Virus record (IMG/VR): IMGVR_UViG_3300033073_001516
Location: 64,001-128,000 of that record
DNA from: a virus
Lineage: Duplodnaviria > Caudoviricetes
Length of the DNA stretch: 64,000 nt
Strand: one strand, 5' to 3'
Positions 48,703 through 58,019 of the stretch are shown in pieces. Below the pieces are notes generated by a model that was not told where the DNA came from, did not search any database, and worked only from the letters and a program-made list of their open reading frames with translations. Each line of letters opens with the position of its first letter. Positions within the stretch are counted from its first letter, which is position 1. The position numbers and the translations under genes were made by a program.

Positions 48703-49059
48703 TTACTGAGCTTTGGTAGCTGCAGTAAGAGCGTTGACGATCTCAGTTTTTGTGCTAGTAGAAGTGACCGAAAGATTCAAAGACTGAGCAACGGCCAGAA
48801 GCTGTGTCTTAGACCATGATGCGTCCCAATTTGGAACGTTGTTATCAACTTTTTCCTCGACAATGTTCTCTTCCTGCAGCTCTGTCTTGTTAGCTTCATC
48901 GATCGTAGTCTCAATCGCAACAGCTAGTGGTACATCGACAATCTTAACTTCGCTCTCTACAGCTGGGACGGGAGTCGAAATCTCCTCAGCTACATTTGTG
49001 ACAGCAGAGCTGTCAGCGAAGTGCTTACGATTGGCAAGATTGTATAAGCTAGCAGGCAT
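48703..49059 (-). CDS. Acidic protein with a C-terminal HeH/Rho-N-like domain
   Basis: WSKTQLLAVAQSLNL....TKTEIVNAL. Confidence 0.55.
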   Translation of the reverse strand: MPASLYNLANRKHFADSSAVTNVAEEISTPVPAVESEVKIVDVPLAVAIETTIDEANKTELQEENIVEEKVDNNVPNWDASWSKTQLLAVAQSLNLSVTSTSTKTEIVNALTAATKAQ

Positions 49060-49060
49060 A

Positions 49061-49273
49061 TTAAGACTCGCTATCAGCTGTCTTGCGCTGCTTCTCGATT
49101 TCGACCATCAGCTTTGTAAGAGTGGCAGACTCCTTCTTGAGAAGTCTAAGACCTCTGCGCGCTCTCACTCCAGCCGAAACATTACCACGAGCGTTCTTCT
49201 GAACATCGAGTTCTGTTGACTCGACAAGGGCCTTGATCTTATTCCAGCACTCGCTAATTGCATCGTTAGACAT
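49061..49273 (-). CDS. Histone H1-like (Hc1-type) DNA-binding protein
   Basis: 70 aa; GNVSAGVRARR matches the GNKAAGTRARK family motif. Confidence 0.7.
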   Translation of the reverse strand: MSNDAISECWNKIKALVESTELDVQKNARGNVSAGVRARRGLRLLKKESATLTKLMVEIEKQRKTADSES

Positions 49274-49285
49274 TTTTATACTCCA

Positions 49286-49525
49286 TTAATCGATTATGAT
49301 GTTGCTAGTTGGAAGTTGCGCTTCATCAAGCGCTTCTTTGGCAGCGTCAGAGATACGAACCAGTGTGGCGCGATCCTCCAACTCAAGTGACAAAAGACTT
49401 ATGATTTGAAGTATCTGCTTTTGATTGACGCCAAACTTAAGTATCTCATTGACAATTTGTCTGCTCTTAAGGGATTCAGCAGCCCAAATTTCTGTTTCAG
49501 TTTGTCCGAATTTCTTAGCTTCCAT
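49286..49525 (-). CDS. Hypothetical protein
   Basis: 79 aa, translationally coupled. Confidence 0.5.
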   Translation of the reverse strand: MEAKKFGQTETEIWAAESLKSRQIVNEILKFGVNQKQILQIISLLSLELEDRATLVRISDAAKEALDEAQLPTSNIIID

Positions 49526-49977
49526 TAGAATGCCTCGATTTTAAACCTTTCTTCGCCTAGGAAAATAAGTCTTTTCCCATGAAGATCACCGTCATCGTCC
49601 TCTTCTCTCGTCAAAATGATCCAAGAATCCCAAGCTTTGCTTAGATAAATCCACTCAGCATGCTCCCAAGTTGAAATATCGCTTTGGTAAGAGTCTAAAA
49701 CATCTGAAAGAGATTTCGGAAGAGAGAGTCTGATATCTGATATGTTCGGAAGAGTCTTAGATTCTTCTTTTGTTGTAAGCTCAGACTTACAGATGTCGAC
49801 CACTTTGTGAATGATTCCGCAATTATTACATTGCGCAAATTTAGGCTGAACGGTGTCAGACTCTTCATCCAAAATTGAGAAAACTGCGAATTTATGAAAA
49901 ACAGGATCGTGGCTTTCTTTAAATTGCGGAAGTATGCAATGACATTGAATCAGATGTTTTATTCCGCTGAGTGGCAT
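49525..49977 (-). CDS. Hypothetical protein, putative Zn-binding
   Basis: 150 aa; CHC and CNNC..H. Confidence 0.5.
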   Translation of the reverse strand: MPLSGIKHLIQCHCILPQFKESHDPVFHKFAVFSILDEESDTVQPKFAQCNNCGIIHKVVDICKSELTTKEESKTLPNISDIRLSLPKSLSDVLDSYQSDISTWEHAEWIYLSKAWDSWIILTREEDDDGDLHGKRLIFLGEERFKIEAF

Positions 49978-50262
49978 CTATCGTCCGAACAGGCTCGTCT
50001 TCTTTACCGTTGTATCGACTTCAATAGTTCCATGATTACGATTAGCATTGACGTGCTTGTTTGCGACAGAAACATATTGATTGACGCCGTTGTACGCTAC
50101 GCCCTCTACAGTCATCGATGCAACTGCTACAACTCTTCTGATCTGATCATCTGTCAACTTTAGTTCATTTCTAAGAACAGAAGTCAAAGCAACAGCGAGA
50201 TTGTCGTTGATTGCTCCAACAACATCATTCGTGACCTTTCCCATATCGCTTTCTAAACTCAA
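49978..50262 (-). CDS. Hypothetical protein
   Basis: 94 aa; TTG start with SD AGGAGG; TTTACT-N17-GAAAAT promoter-like sequence upstream. Confidence 0.5.
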   Translation of the reverse strand: MSLESDMGKVTNDVVGAINDNLAVALTSVLRNELKLTDDQIRRVVAVASMTVEGVAYNGVNQYVSVANKHVNANRNHGTIEVDTTVKKTSLFGR

Positions 50263-50310
50263 AATAACCTCCTTTTGAGATTTTCATTTTTTGCCATCAA
50301 AAAGTAAAAA

Positions 50311-50754
50311 TTAACGTGTGAATTTATCGGCTATTGTTGTAGAGGCCCAAGCGTCCGGTTTAATAGTGGGCTCATAGCCCATACCGCTGATGTAAGACTT
50401 TGCTGCTTTTGCGAGTCTAGCAGACCTACTGTCTGGATCAGAAGCGATATCAGCGTGAATATTAACGTAAATGTCGGGTTTCTGAGATTTAATAAGCTCG
50501 GCCGTCATGACAGATTCATAAACTTCGTGCATCAATCTTTCTTCAAGAGATTTGAAAGTTGTTCGATTCAGCTTGTTTCTTCTATAAAAGAACTTACCGC
50601 CTCGTCCCTCCCAGTAAACGCATATTGCTGTAGCTAATTGCCATTGACCCGCTACGAGCTGAGAGTCAGTTCCAACAAAAACTTTTGACTCAGATCCTAT
50701 CTCAGCAATGATTTCATCTATGCTGTACTGATTACCATCTGGACTTATCCACAT
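50311..50754 (-). CDS. RNase H-like YkuK (DUF458) family protein
   Basis: VGTDSQ, GRGG, RL..EV..S, IHAD, IKPDAWAS..AD. Confidence 0.8.
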   Translation of the reverse strand: MWISPDGNQYSIDEIIAEIGSESKVFVGTDSQLVAGQWQLATAICVYWEGRGGKFFYRRNKLNRTTFKSLEERLMHEVYESVMTAELIKSQKPDIYVNIHADIASDPDSRSARLAKAAKSYISGMGYEPTIKPDAWASTTIADKFTR

Positions 50755-51977
50755 GACTTGTCCTCCATCAAGATAGCTCCATTTTTAGACAGCACTTGTA
50801 AGAATGAATCGCTTGCTTTCTTTCCGCTTTCAATTGAAGACGTCGGATAGAGATCATCGAAAAAGCTTGAAACTCCGCTTCTCAATGCTGCCATGCTGTA
50901 TCTAATGCAGTAGTCTATTCTATCTCTTGAAGTTCCAGCAAGTGACTTGTTTTCTTTCCCAACTCTAATTGTGAGAGTTCCAGCTCCTAAAGATGATATT
51001 CTTTTTCTCAAAATTTCTTCTTCAGCTGGAGAAGCATTTTTCACTTTCTCCGAAAGATAAGAAACAACATGGGACATGTTATTCTTCGAACTCTCAAGTT
51101 CGACAAAATTGATAAATGCAGTTGCTTTTTCGATCTTCGGACATTGGGACAAATCCAAGCTTGATATCAACTCTCCCTTTAGAGAAGATACAACATCTGA
51201 CGCGAATCCTGTAGCAAGGTCAGCCAATGCGTTGCATCCGACTTCATCGTAAGGTACTTCAATTGGAATTAGCTGAGCTGTGTTTCTTTGAATGTTGACG
51301 GCCGATGTCGTGATAACGTCACCAGAAAATCCTCTCGCAAAAACAAGATAGGGAGTCAAGTTCTCATTTGAGTCTTGAAAAATTTTATGACACTCTGCAA
51401 CGCTCTCTATAATTCCATCGATAAAAATCAACTTAGGATAGTTGACTGATACTCTATCAGATTTAAGAGATTTGAAAAAATCTATCGATGGATGCCAAGA
51501 GCATTGTTGGGATCCAAAAATAATCTCACTTTTCGTTGATTCTGCCTTGTCAAGGACAATTTTTCCATCACGACCGGCACGTTTGAGACTCTCAATTGCA
51601 ATTTTCGCCGACTTTTGATCTGACATATTGATCAAAGATCTTTCAAGCTCTAACAAAGAGAATCTTCTATTTTTACTTTGATTTTTGAACGCTTTCTTAT
51701 CTTTTGAGCTCAAAAATTTAAGCATGATAAATGATCCGCCGGCCGACATCGACTCAGCGTCTACCATGCACTTTAGAAGCATATTCTTCAACGGACCTGA
51801 GCTTAGAGCTTGCGATGCGATTCTAAGACAATCTGATTTTGAAGCAACACAGGAAGAATCATTCAAATTTACGAACAGCTTACCACTTTCAAGACTGTCG
51901 ACTAAATTTGAAATTTCAGAAAAAAGCTGCGCAGCTTCACGCCACGCAGCTTCTGATGTTTTAAGAGTTACTTTCAC
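50745..51977 (-). CDS. Divergent, shortened GroEL-like chaperonin lacking ATPase motifs
   Basis: Collinear with GroEL intermediate and apical domains (SDQKSAKIAIESLKRAGRDGKI; PYLVFARGFSGDV..VN; LADLA; ILRKRISSL.AG...IRVG; RDRID...AAL.SGV); no GDGTTT. Confidence 0.7.
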   Translation of the reverse strand: MKVTLKTSEAAWREAAQLFSEISNLVDSLESGKLFVNLNDSSCVASKSDCLRIASQALSSGPLKNMLLKCMVDAESMSAGGSFIMLKFLSSKDKKAFKNQSKNRRFSLLELERSLINMSDQKSAKIAIESLKRAGRDGKIVLDKAESTKSEIIFGSQQCSWHPSIDFFKSLKSDRVSVNYPKLIFIDGIIESVAECHKIFQDSNENLTPYLVFARGFSGDVITTSAVNIQRNTAQLIPIEVPYDEVGCNALADLATGFASDVVSSLKGELISSLDLSQCPKIEKATAFINFVELESSKNNMSHVVSYLSEKVKNASPAEEEILRKRISSLGAGTLTIRVGKENKSLAGTSRDRIDYCIRYSMAALRSGVSSFFDDLYPTSSIESGKKASDSFLQVLSKNGAILMEDKSCG

Positions 51978-52012
51978 GCTGAATTTTTGTTATTTCTAGC
52001 GAGAAGATAAAC

Positions 52013-52267
52013 TCAATTCTCAATAACTTCTTTCTTAATCCAGTACAGGCTGATTCCAGATTCCACAGGCGCTCCAACGACTTTAGAATTTTCTATCAAT
52101 ACTGCCTGCAAAGACTCTTGTCGACCCCCACCCAGGTAAGGAACCGGATCGACGTCGGTGCCCTTAGATATCATGTATCCAGTCGCTTCTAGATCTGGAT
52201 ACATGAATCCTTTTGCTCCAACAATCGAAGGTTTCACCATGGTAGAAATCTTAGATTTCGATCTCAA
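52013..52267 (-). CDS. Hypothetical small protein
   Basis: 84 aa, TTG start overlapping the prkA stop. Confidence 0.45.
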   Translation of the reverse strand: MRSKSKISTMVKPSIVGAKGFMYPDLEATGYMISKGTDVDPVPYLGGGRQESLQAVLIENSKVVGAPVESGISLYWIKKEVIEN

Positions 52268-54189
52268 GAATCTCTCCAGAGATTATTGGACGCGAATGTG
52301 ATAATCTCCTCAGCTGACTCGGGAGTGTATCCATACTCTTTGACCATGGTCTCGACCATGTCAGAGTACTTCTTCTGCTGCTCATTGTCACGGCTCTTAG
52401 ACTTGGTGACAATACGCGCCATATCCTTGACCGAAGCGATCAGGTAGCTTTCGATAGCTTCCTTGAGTGGCTCATAGGACTTGTAGTCGACCTTCTGGCC
52501 ACGACGCATCTTGGCAAACATGAAAGCTGTCACGTCTGCTCTGAAACCATCACGAGCTGAACCTGTGATTCCGATCTGTTCCTCAATCGACTGGAGGAAC
52601 CTCTCATCAGGAGCGCGCTCCTCAGATGTAACGCGATCCTTCATCTTCTGCTTTGTCGTGTACGCCTCAGCATTATCCATGTAGTTATCGAAGAGAGATT
52701 GAGCCTGCTCCTCGTAAGCTGTCACGAATGCCTTGGCGATCTCACCCTCGAGAATCTTAAGGTACTCTTCGCGAATGGTCTTCTGCAGGATCTCGAGGTA
52801 GACTTTCTTCTTATCCTCATCGACAATCTGCTCTTTCACCTGCTTGATGAGCGCTTCGACAACTCGCATGGGCGTGATGAAGCTCTTGTCAGAATCAGTT
52901 AGCGCAGAGTCGATAGCCTTTGTGATGAAGCGAGTCGAGATACCATCCATTCCCTCATGACGTGCTTCCTCACGAAGGTCCTTGATATCAACTTTCTTGG
53001 TGCGACCCTTCTCAACAACTTCCTGACCATCATAGATCTTCATCTTAGTGAGAAGGTCACACTTCTGAGACTGACGAAGGCGGCTCATAACTGAGAACAT
53101 CGCAGCAACCTTAATCGTGTGAGGAGCGATGTGAGCCCTGAAGTCTGATCTACGAAGCATCTTGTCGTAAATCTTCATCTCCTGCGTGAGCTCAAGAACG
53201 TATGGAACTTCAATCTTCACAACACGGTCTAGAATGGCCTCGTTGGTATGCTCAGACTTGAATCGATTCCACTCGGACTCGTTGCAGTGCGAGATGATGA
53301 CACCATCGAAGTAGAGCATGGAGTTCTTACCGGGAGTCGGAACCTGCTTCTCCTGGGTCGCTGTGAGAATCGTGTGAAGGAACTCGATCTCATTCTTAAA
53401 GATCTCAACAAACTCTACAACTCCGCGGTTACCGACGTTGAATGCACCGTTGAGGTTAAGAACTCTAGGATCATCCTCAGAAAACTTATCAAGCTTTGAG
53501 ATATCCTCTGAGCCAATTAGAGCTGAGACGTCCTGGGAGTTAGCATCCATGGGAGGAACAACTGCAATTCCGCGACGCGCGCGCTGGGAGAATGAAGAGC
53601 AAACAACGGGAAACTTTTCATACTCTCCGTTGAATTCATTCATCAGCCTGAATCGACACACTGGGCAGAGGTCACCTTCGATATGAACCCCTAGAACTTC
53701 CTCAAACTGACCACGCAGAGACCTCGGCAGGAGGTGCAGAGGCTCCTCCCTGACCGGACACCCATCCAAATGATAGATGGGCTCTGCGGCCTTCTCAAGG
53801 GCCTTCTTGACACCGTCAGCAAGAGCGCTCTTTCCAGATCCGACTGGACCCATGAGCAGGAGCACCTGACGGCTTTCCTCTCCCTTCAACGATGCAGACT
53901 TCAGGAATCGCATAATCTTAGCAATTACTCTTTCATGACCGTAGAAATCATCTTTGAAGTAATTGTAGGTACGAAGCTTGTCACTATCAAAAAGCTTGCG
54001 ACAACGAGGGTCGCCATCATCCAGAGATTCGACTCCGTATGATTCTATGGCATCAACAAGACGACGCGCTGCAAGCTTGGTGACGGTCGGATTTGTCTCG
54101 ACCAGCTTCAGGTAATCGATAAACGTACCAGACCAAGACTCTTTTGCCGACTCTTTGCGCTGGTTCTTAATGATCTTAAGGAAATCCAT
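52264..54189 (-). CDS. prkA: PrkA/YeaG family AAA+ ATPase (annotated serine protein kinase)
   Basis: 641 aa; GPVGSGKS, CPVREEPL, GSEDISK, NRGVVEFVE, GMDGISTRF. Confidence 0.93.
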   Translation of the reverse strand: MDFLKIIKNQRKESAKESWSGTFIDYLKLVETNPTVTKLAARRLVDAIESYGVESLDDGDPRCRKLFDSDKLRTYNYFKDDFYGHERVIAKIMRFLKSASLKGEESRQVLLLMGPVGSGKSALADGVKKALEKAAEPIYHLDGCPVREEPLHLLPRSLRGQFEEVLGVHIEGDLCPVCRFRLMNEFNGEYEKFPVVCSSFSQRARRGIAVVPPMDANSQDVSALIGSEDISKLDKFSEDDPRVLNLNGAFNVGNRGVVEFVEIFKNEIEFLHTILTATQEKQVPTPGKNSMLYFDGVIISHCNESEWNRFKSEHTNEAILDRVVKIEVPYVLELTQEMKIYDKMLRRSDFRAHIAPHTIKVAAMFSVMSRLRQSQKCDLLTKMKIYDGQEVVEKGRTKKVDIKDLREEARHEGMDGISTRFITKAIDSALTDSDKSFITPMRVVEALIKQVKEQIVDEDKKKVYLEILQKTIREEYLKILEGEIAKAFVTAYEEQAQSLFDNYMDNAEAYTTKQKMKDRVTSEERAPDERFLQSIEEQIGITGSARDGFRADVTAFMFAKMRRGQKVDYKSYEPLKEAIESYLIASVKDMARIVTKSKSRDNEQQKKYSDMVETMVKEYGYTPESAEEIITFASNNLWRDS

Positions 54190-54210
54190 CAGAAACTCTC
54201 CTGTATTAAA

Positions 54211-55524
54211 TTATGAGACTTCGAAGGGTTCGTCTTCGAGAATTGTGAACAATTGCACAGGACCCTTCCACAGTTCTTTTATTTTCTTGACGCAATTGTC
54301 AGCGTAATCAAGTTCAAGGTCACGTCCGTCATGCTCATGACGTAGAATGAGCGTGTCTTTTTTGACTTCATCAACATAGATCACGGGTATTGAATTGCCT
54401 CCGACACCATTAATCAGAGTTCTCTTTACATTATCCCAACCGTCTTCGTCAGATATATCTCTGATTGTCCAGTCAGGATTTTTTCCTTTTTCGGGAGCAT
54501 AGGTGAAAAGGTTTAGATCTTCACCGAGCTCACGATCAAGATATTGCCATAGGAAATTTTCATCAGAGCAAGCTTCTCTTGCAATGAAACACTCCTCGAT
54601 TCCCTTATCTTTCTCTATTTTCTTGAAAACTTCGAATCCAAGATGATAGGGATTGATGCGACCCGGCCACGGTCTAAGAACAAGGTTATGACTCTTCAGG
54701 AATGGAATGTGCATCGAATCTGGAAGCTGGAGATCATGAACGATTCTATAATGCCAGAATGAAGCCCAGCCCTCGTTCATCACCTTCGTCTTAATCTGAG
54801 GCCAGAAATACTTCGCTTCATCGCGAATGACGGAGATGATATCACGCTCCCATGGTTCAAGATCCCTGCAATTATCAGCTATGAATCCAAGAACGTCGTA
54901 TTCTATCTGCAGGGGTCGCTTATCTGGATTTAGATTTGCGTGCTTTTTAGGATCTTTCTTCTTGAGATCTAGAATCTCATTTCTAACTTCAAGGTCATCG
55001 CGCTTGAATCTCGGCTTCCTATCAACCTGATACTGAAGAACATGACACGCGTCGATAACTCTTTCAACATTTTCGACTCCGATCGAAGGATCTTCAACGT
55101 AAGACTGGAACCGCTTCTTAGCGTTTCTGAGACGCTGAATAATATGATCGGGATCAGTGTCTTTGAATGTGATATTGTTCTTGAAAAAGTCGCTATGGCC
55201 AACGCAGTGAGCCATGATGAGAACTTGCAGGTAAAGCGGATTCTCCTGCATGAGATAAGCAATCGATGGATTCGAGTTAATGATCAGCTCGTAGGGAAGT
55301 CCCTCCGCTCCAGCGTTGTACATGAAATGCGTTCTCTCGAACGTCTTTCCATATGACCAGTGCCCGTAGTGGCTCGGCATACCATGATAGGACATATGAC
55401 CAATCATCTCACGGTAATCGCAAGTTTCATATGAGATTGGGTACCAGTCGAGACCATGACCTCGCGCAATTTCGCAGATCTTCTCGTCCCATTGTTCTAG
55501 ATCTTTGATGCTCCAATCGCTCAT
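54211..55524 (-). CDS. spoVR: SpoVR/YcgB family protein
   Basis: GMPSHYGHWSYGK, YELIINSNP, AHCVGHSDFFKNN, TKVMNEGWASFWH. Confidence 0.93.
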   Translation of the reverse strand: MSDWSIKDLEQWDEKICEIARGHGLDWYPISYETCDYREMIGHMSYHGMPSHYGHWSYGKTFERTHFMYNAGAEGLPYELIINSNPSIAYLMQENPLYLQVLIMAHCVGHSDFFKNNITFKDTDPDHIIQRLRNAKKRFQSYVEDPSIGVENVERVIDACHVLQYQVDRKPRFKRDDLEVRNEILDLKKKDPKKHANLNPDKRPLQIEYDVLGFIADNCRDLEPWERDIISVIRDEAKYFWPQIKTKVMNEGWASFWHYRIVHDLQLPDSMHIPFLKSHNLVLRPWPGRINPYHLGFEVFKKIEKDKGIEECFIAREACSDENFLWQYLDRELGEDLNLFTYAPEKGKNPDWTIRDISDEDGWDNVKRTLINGVGGNSIPVIYVDEVKKDTLILRHEHDGRDLELDYADNCVKKIKELWKGPVQLFTILEDEPFEVS

Positions 55525-56708
55525 GTCTTACCTCCGAATAACCTATTGAACGTGGGCCAGATATCCTGCGCTGATTTGAGCATGGCGACCCTGAATTTCT
55601 TTCCATCGTCAATTTTGGAAACTGAATTCCAAAATGACATAGATCGATCAGGCTCCCACGCCATACGCTCAGAATCTGGACAAATTTCACAATAGCATGT
55701 CATTTGCGAAATGTCTGAGAGCTCTCTAAATGCTTCAATCGCAGCGTTGTTATCTTCGGACCAGTTATCACCATCAGTGCAATGGAACGCGTAAATGTTC
55801 CACGACGATGGATGGAATCTCTTATTGATGATCTCAAGAGCTAACTTTGGAGCTGATGAGATATGAGTTCCTCCCGAAGCGCCACGCTTGAAGAATGAGT
55901 CCTCGTCAGTTTCAAAAGCCTCAGTTGTATGACCGATGAAGATTATCTGAATTGCTTCATACTTGTGACGTAGGAACTGATACAGCAGGAAAAAGAAAGA
56001 ACGTGCTATAAACTTGATGTTAGTCGTCATTGATCCAGACACGTCCATCATAAAAAATATGACGGCGCTTGTAGCTTCCTTCGGCTTTTCCTTTATGTGA
56101 TGGAATGAAAGATCATCTTCGTGGAAAGGAAATACTTCCTCTCCTGTAGTCGGATCAATTTCAATATCGCCGGCTCTCTTTGCAGCTGCTTTACGCTTGA
56201 GACGATTGATCATCGATTCACGCTTGTCCAGTCGCGTGATTATCCCGTGAGGGCGATGACCATGCCTCTTTGTCTTAAACTCTTTGATCTCACGAAGTTT
56301 TTTCTTCTCAAGCTCGGGAAGACCGAGAGAATCGAACAGATATGACGCCAGCTCATCGAGGCTTATCTCAACCTCATAGAACTCTTCGCCCTTGTCCTTT
56401 CCAGCTTTGTTTCCCTGACCCTGCTCCTGCTTCTGACCCTTCTTTACGACCTGACCCTTCTGAATGTCAGTTCCAGGAGCTGATCCTGCCTGCTTGTTAT
56501 CAGCGTTGGGACCGTAGACGAACTGCCATTCTTTGATTCCACGAACTGGAATCTTTACCTTCTTCTTTCCGTCTTGCCCGATGATCGATTCTTCTGCGAC
56601 AATGTTATGCACACCCTCGCGAATTGCCTTTTCAATCTTCTGCTTATGACGAGAACGGTCAGACGCCGAACGATCTGCTGAAGCTTCGTGTTGTTTGAAA
56701 GTAGACAT
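55521..56708 (-). CDS. yeaH: YeaH/YhbH (DUF444) vWA-domain protein
   Basis: DR.RH, AG...GE, MIDAS DVSGSM, GGT..SS, WNIYAFH.TDGDNW. Confidence 0.92.
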   Translation of the reverse strand: MSTFKQHEASADRSASDRSRHKQKIEKAIREGVHNIVAEESIIGQDGKKKVKIPVRGIKEWQFVYGPNADNKQAGSAPGTDIQKGQVVKKGQKQEQGQGNKAGKDKGEEFYEVEISLDELASYLFDSLGLPELEKKKLREIKEFKTKRHGHRPHGIITRLDKRESMINRLKRKAAAKRAGDIEIDPTTGEEVFPFHEDDLSFHHIKEKPKEATSAVIFFMMDVSGSMTTNIKFIARSFFFLLYQFLRHKYEAIQIIFIGHTTEAFETDEDSFFKRGASGGTHISSAPKLALEIINKRFHPSSWNIYAFHCTDGDNWSEDNNAAIEAFRELSDISQMTCYCEICPDSERMAWEPDRSMSFWNSVSKIDDGKKFRVAMLKSAQDIWPTFNRLFGGKT

Positions 56709-56714
56709 CTGTTA

Positions 56715-57137
56715 CTAACTAGCACCTTCGATGAGGTCTTGAGCCCATTGAACTGCAGGTACGAGATAAGGATAGCAACGTTTTTTCATAGCATCCCAAG
56801 TGAGCCAATGAAATCCATCATGCTCATAGCGATTTGTCTCCGGATTTGGGAGTATGACAGGATCTTGGTCGGTAGAGGCTAAAAAAATGACAACATCTTT
56901 ATGTGATCTTTCTATTATCTTAGGATTACGTCCCCATCCCATGTCAGAGACAGAGACTGTTATCCCAGCCTCTTCTTTACACTCTCTAACCGCTCCATCA
57001 AAATCACTTTCACCAGACTCTACATGCCCCTTGGGTATGTCTATTTTTCCATAGACGCGTAAGCCCAGTACTTTCCATTCGTCGTGGTCTTTACGAACTA
57101 TGATGAAACCAGCCGACCTCTCTTTCTTCTTAGCCAT
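56715..57137 (-). CDS. Nudix hydrolase (Ap4A hydrolase-like)
   Basis: SAG, PKGHVESGES...A.RECKEEAG, EH. Confidence 0.85.
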   Translation of the reverse strand: MAKKKERSAGFIIVRKDHDEWKVLGLRVYGKIDIPKGHVESGESDFDGAVRECKEEAGITVSVSDMGWGRNPKIIERSHKDVVIFLASTDQDPVILPNPETNRYEHDGFHWLTWDAMKKRCYPYLVPAVQWAQDLIEGAS

Positions 57138-57172
57138 GCGATTACTCTCTTTAGTGTAATCGTAACTAAAAA

Positions 57173-57511
57173 TCAGCGAGAGTAATCGTCAGAAATTCTC
57201 ACAACATCATCTAATTCTGGGGTTGAGACCTCGACAAGAATTACGTCTTTCATGGGCGCTGAAAACCTGTGAACAGTCTTGGGCGTGACATGATACACAT
57301 CTCCTGGATTGAGGTGCATTTCAACTAAATCAGTCCCCGTCCCAAGCTCAAGAAGCAATGTGCCACTAAGAACTCTGATTGTTTCTTCTTTAATTTCGTG
57401 ATACTGCTTCGAAAGCCTGTGACCTTCAGTAATATACAGGTACTTTCCGACGTATTTCGGTGTTTCTGCCCAAATTTCTTCTTTTCCCCACGGCTTTTGA
57501 ACTGTTCTCAT
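57173..57511 (-). CDS. Cupin protein (mannose-6-phosphate isomerase type II-like)
   Basis: KPWG, RLS.QYH..KEE, HR, EVST.ELDDVVR..DDY. Confidence 0.8.
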   Translation of the reverse strand: MRTVQKPWGKEEIWAETPKYVGKYLYITEGHRLSKQYHEIKEETIRVLSGTLLLELGTGTDLVEMHLNPGDVYHVTPKTVHRFSAPMKDVILVEVSTPELDDVVRISDDYSR

Positions 57512-57533
57512 ACCAAAATTTTAGATAATAATC

Positions 57534-58016
57534 TCAACGATAAATCTTGTCTCTACCTTTTTTAAACGCGTACAAGCTCAACATCGAACCTCCGAAGACG
57601 TTAGCGTCGAATTCGATCGGGTTGATATGATGCGGAGGCATTTTTCTTGGAATCGCATTAACTTCATGTTGCTTTAAATGAAAAGTTTCATGAGCAATTG
57701 ATCTGAGAATATCTGCAAGAGATCTAGACGTGCAGTATATCCTGATATTCTTCTGCGGATACGAACAAATCGCTGTTGTCTTGATCTTGGATTTTTTACG
57801 ATCCGAAGCAAGATAACAGCGATACACTTCGTTTAGCTTTAAGATTTTCGAGCAATGCTCTAGAAAGTCTTTGACTATTTTAATATCTCTCCGATTCATG
57901 TCACAGTTTCTGCTGACCATGAGCTCAAAAGATTTTGAATCTGACTCTGATAAATCTTGTTCGTCAAGATGAGACAGGTTATTCAAAACATCATTAAGCA
58001 ACTCGGAGGATTTCAT
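57534..58016 (-). CDS. Zincin-like HExxH protein
   Basis: DILRSIAHETFHLKQ...EFDAN. Confidence 0.65.
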   Translation of the reverse strand: MKSSELLNDVLNNLSHLDEQDLSESDSKSFELMVSRNCDMNRRDIKIVKDFLEHCSKILKLNEVYRCYLASDRKKSKIKTTAICSYPQKNIRIYCTSRSLADILRSIAHETFHLKQHEVNAIPRKMPPHHINPIEFDANVFGGSMLSLYAFKKGRDKIYR

Positions 58017-58019
58017 CTT

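Noticed and set aside
52013-52267. 84-aa ORF directly upstream of the GroEL-like gene as a GroES
   Set aside because: Size and position fit, but there is no PLxDRV or mobile-loop GGI motif; cannot be supported without a structure search.
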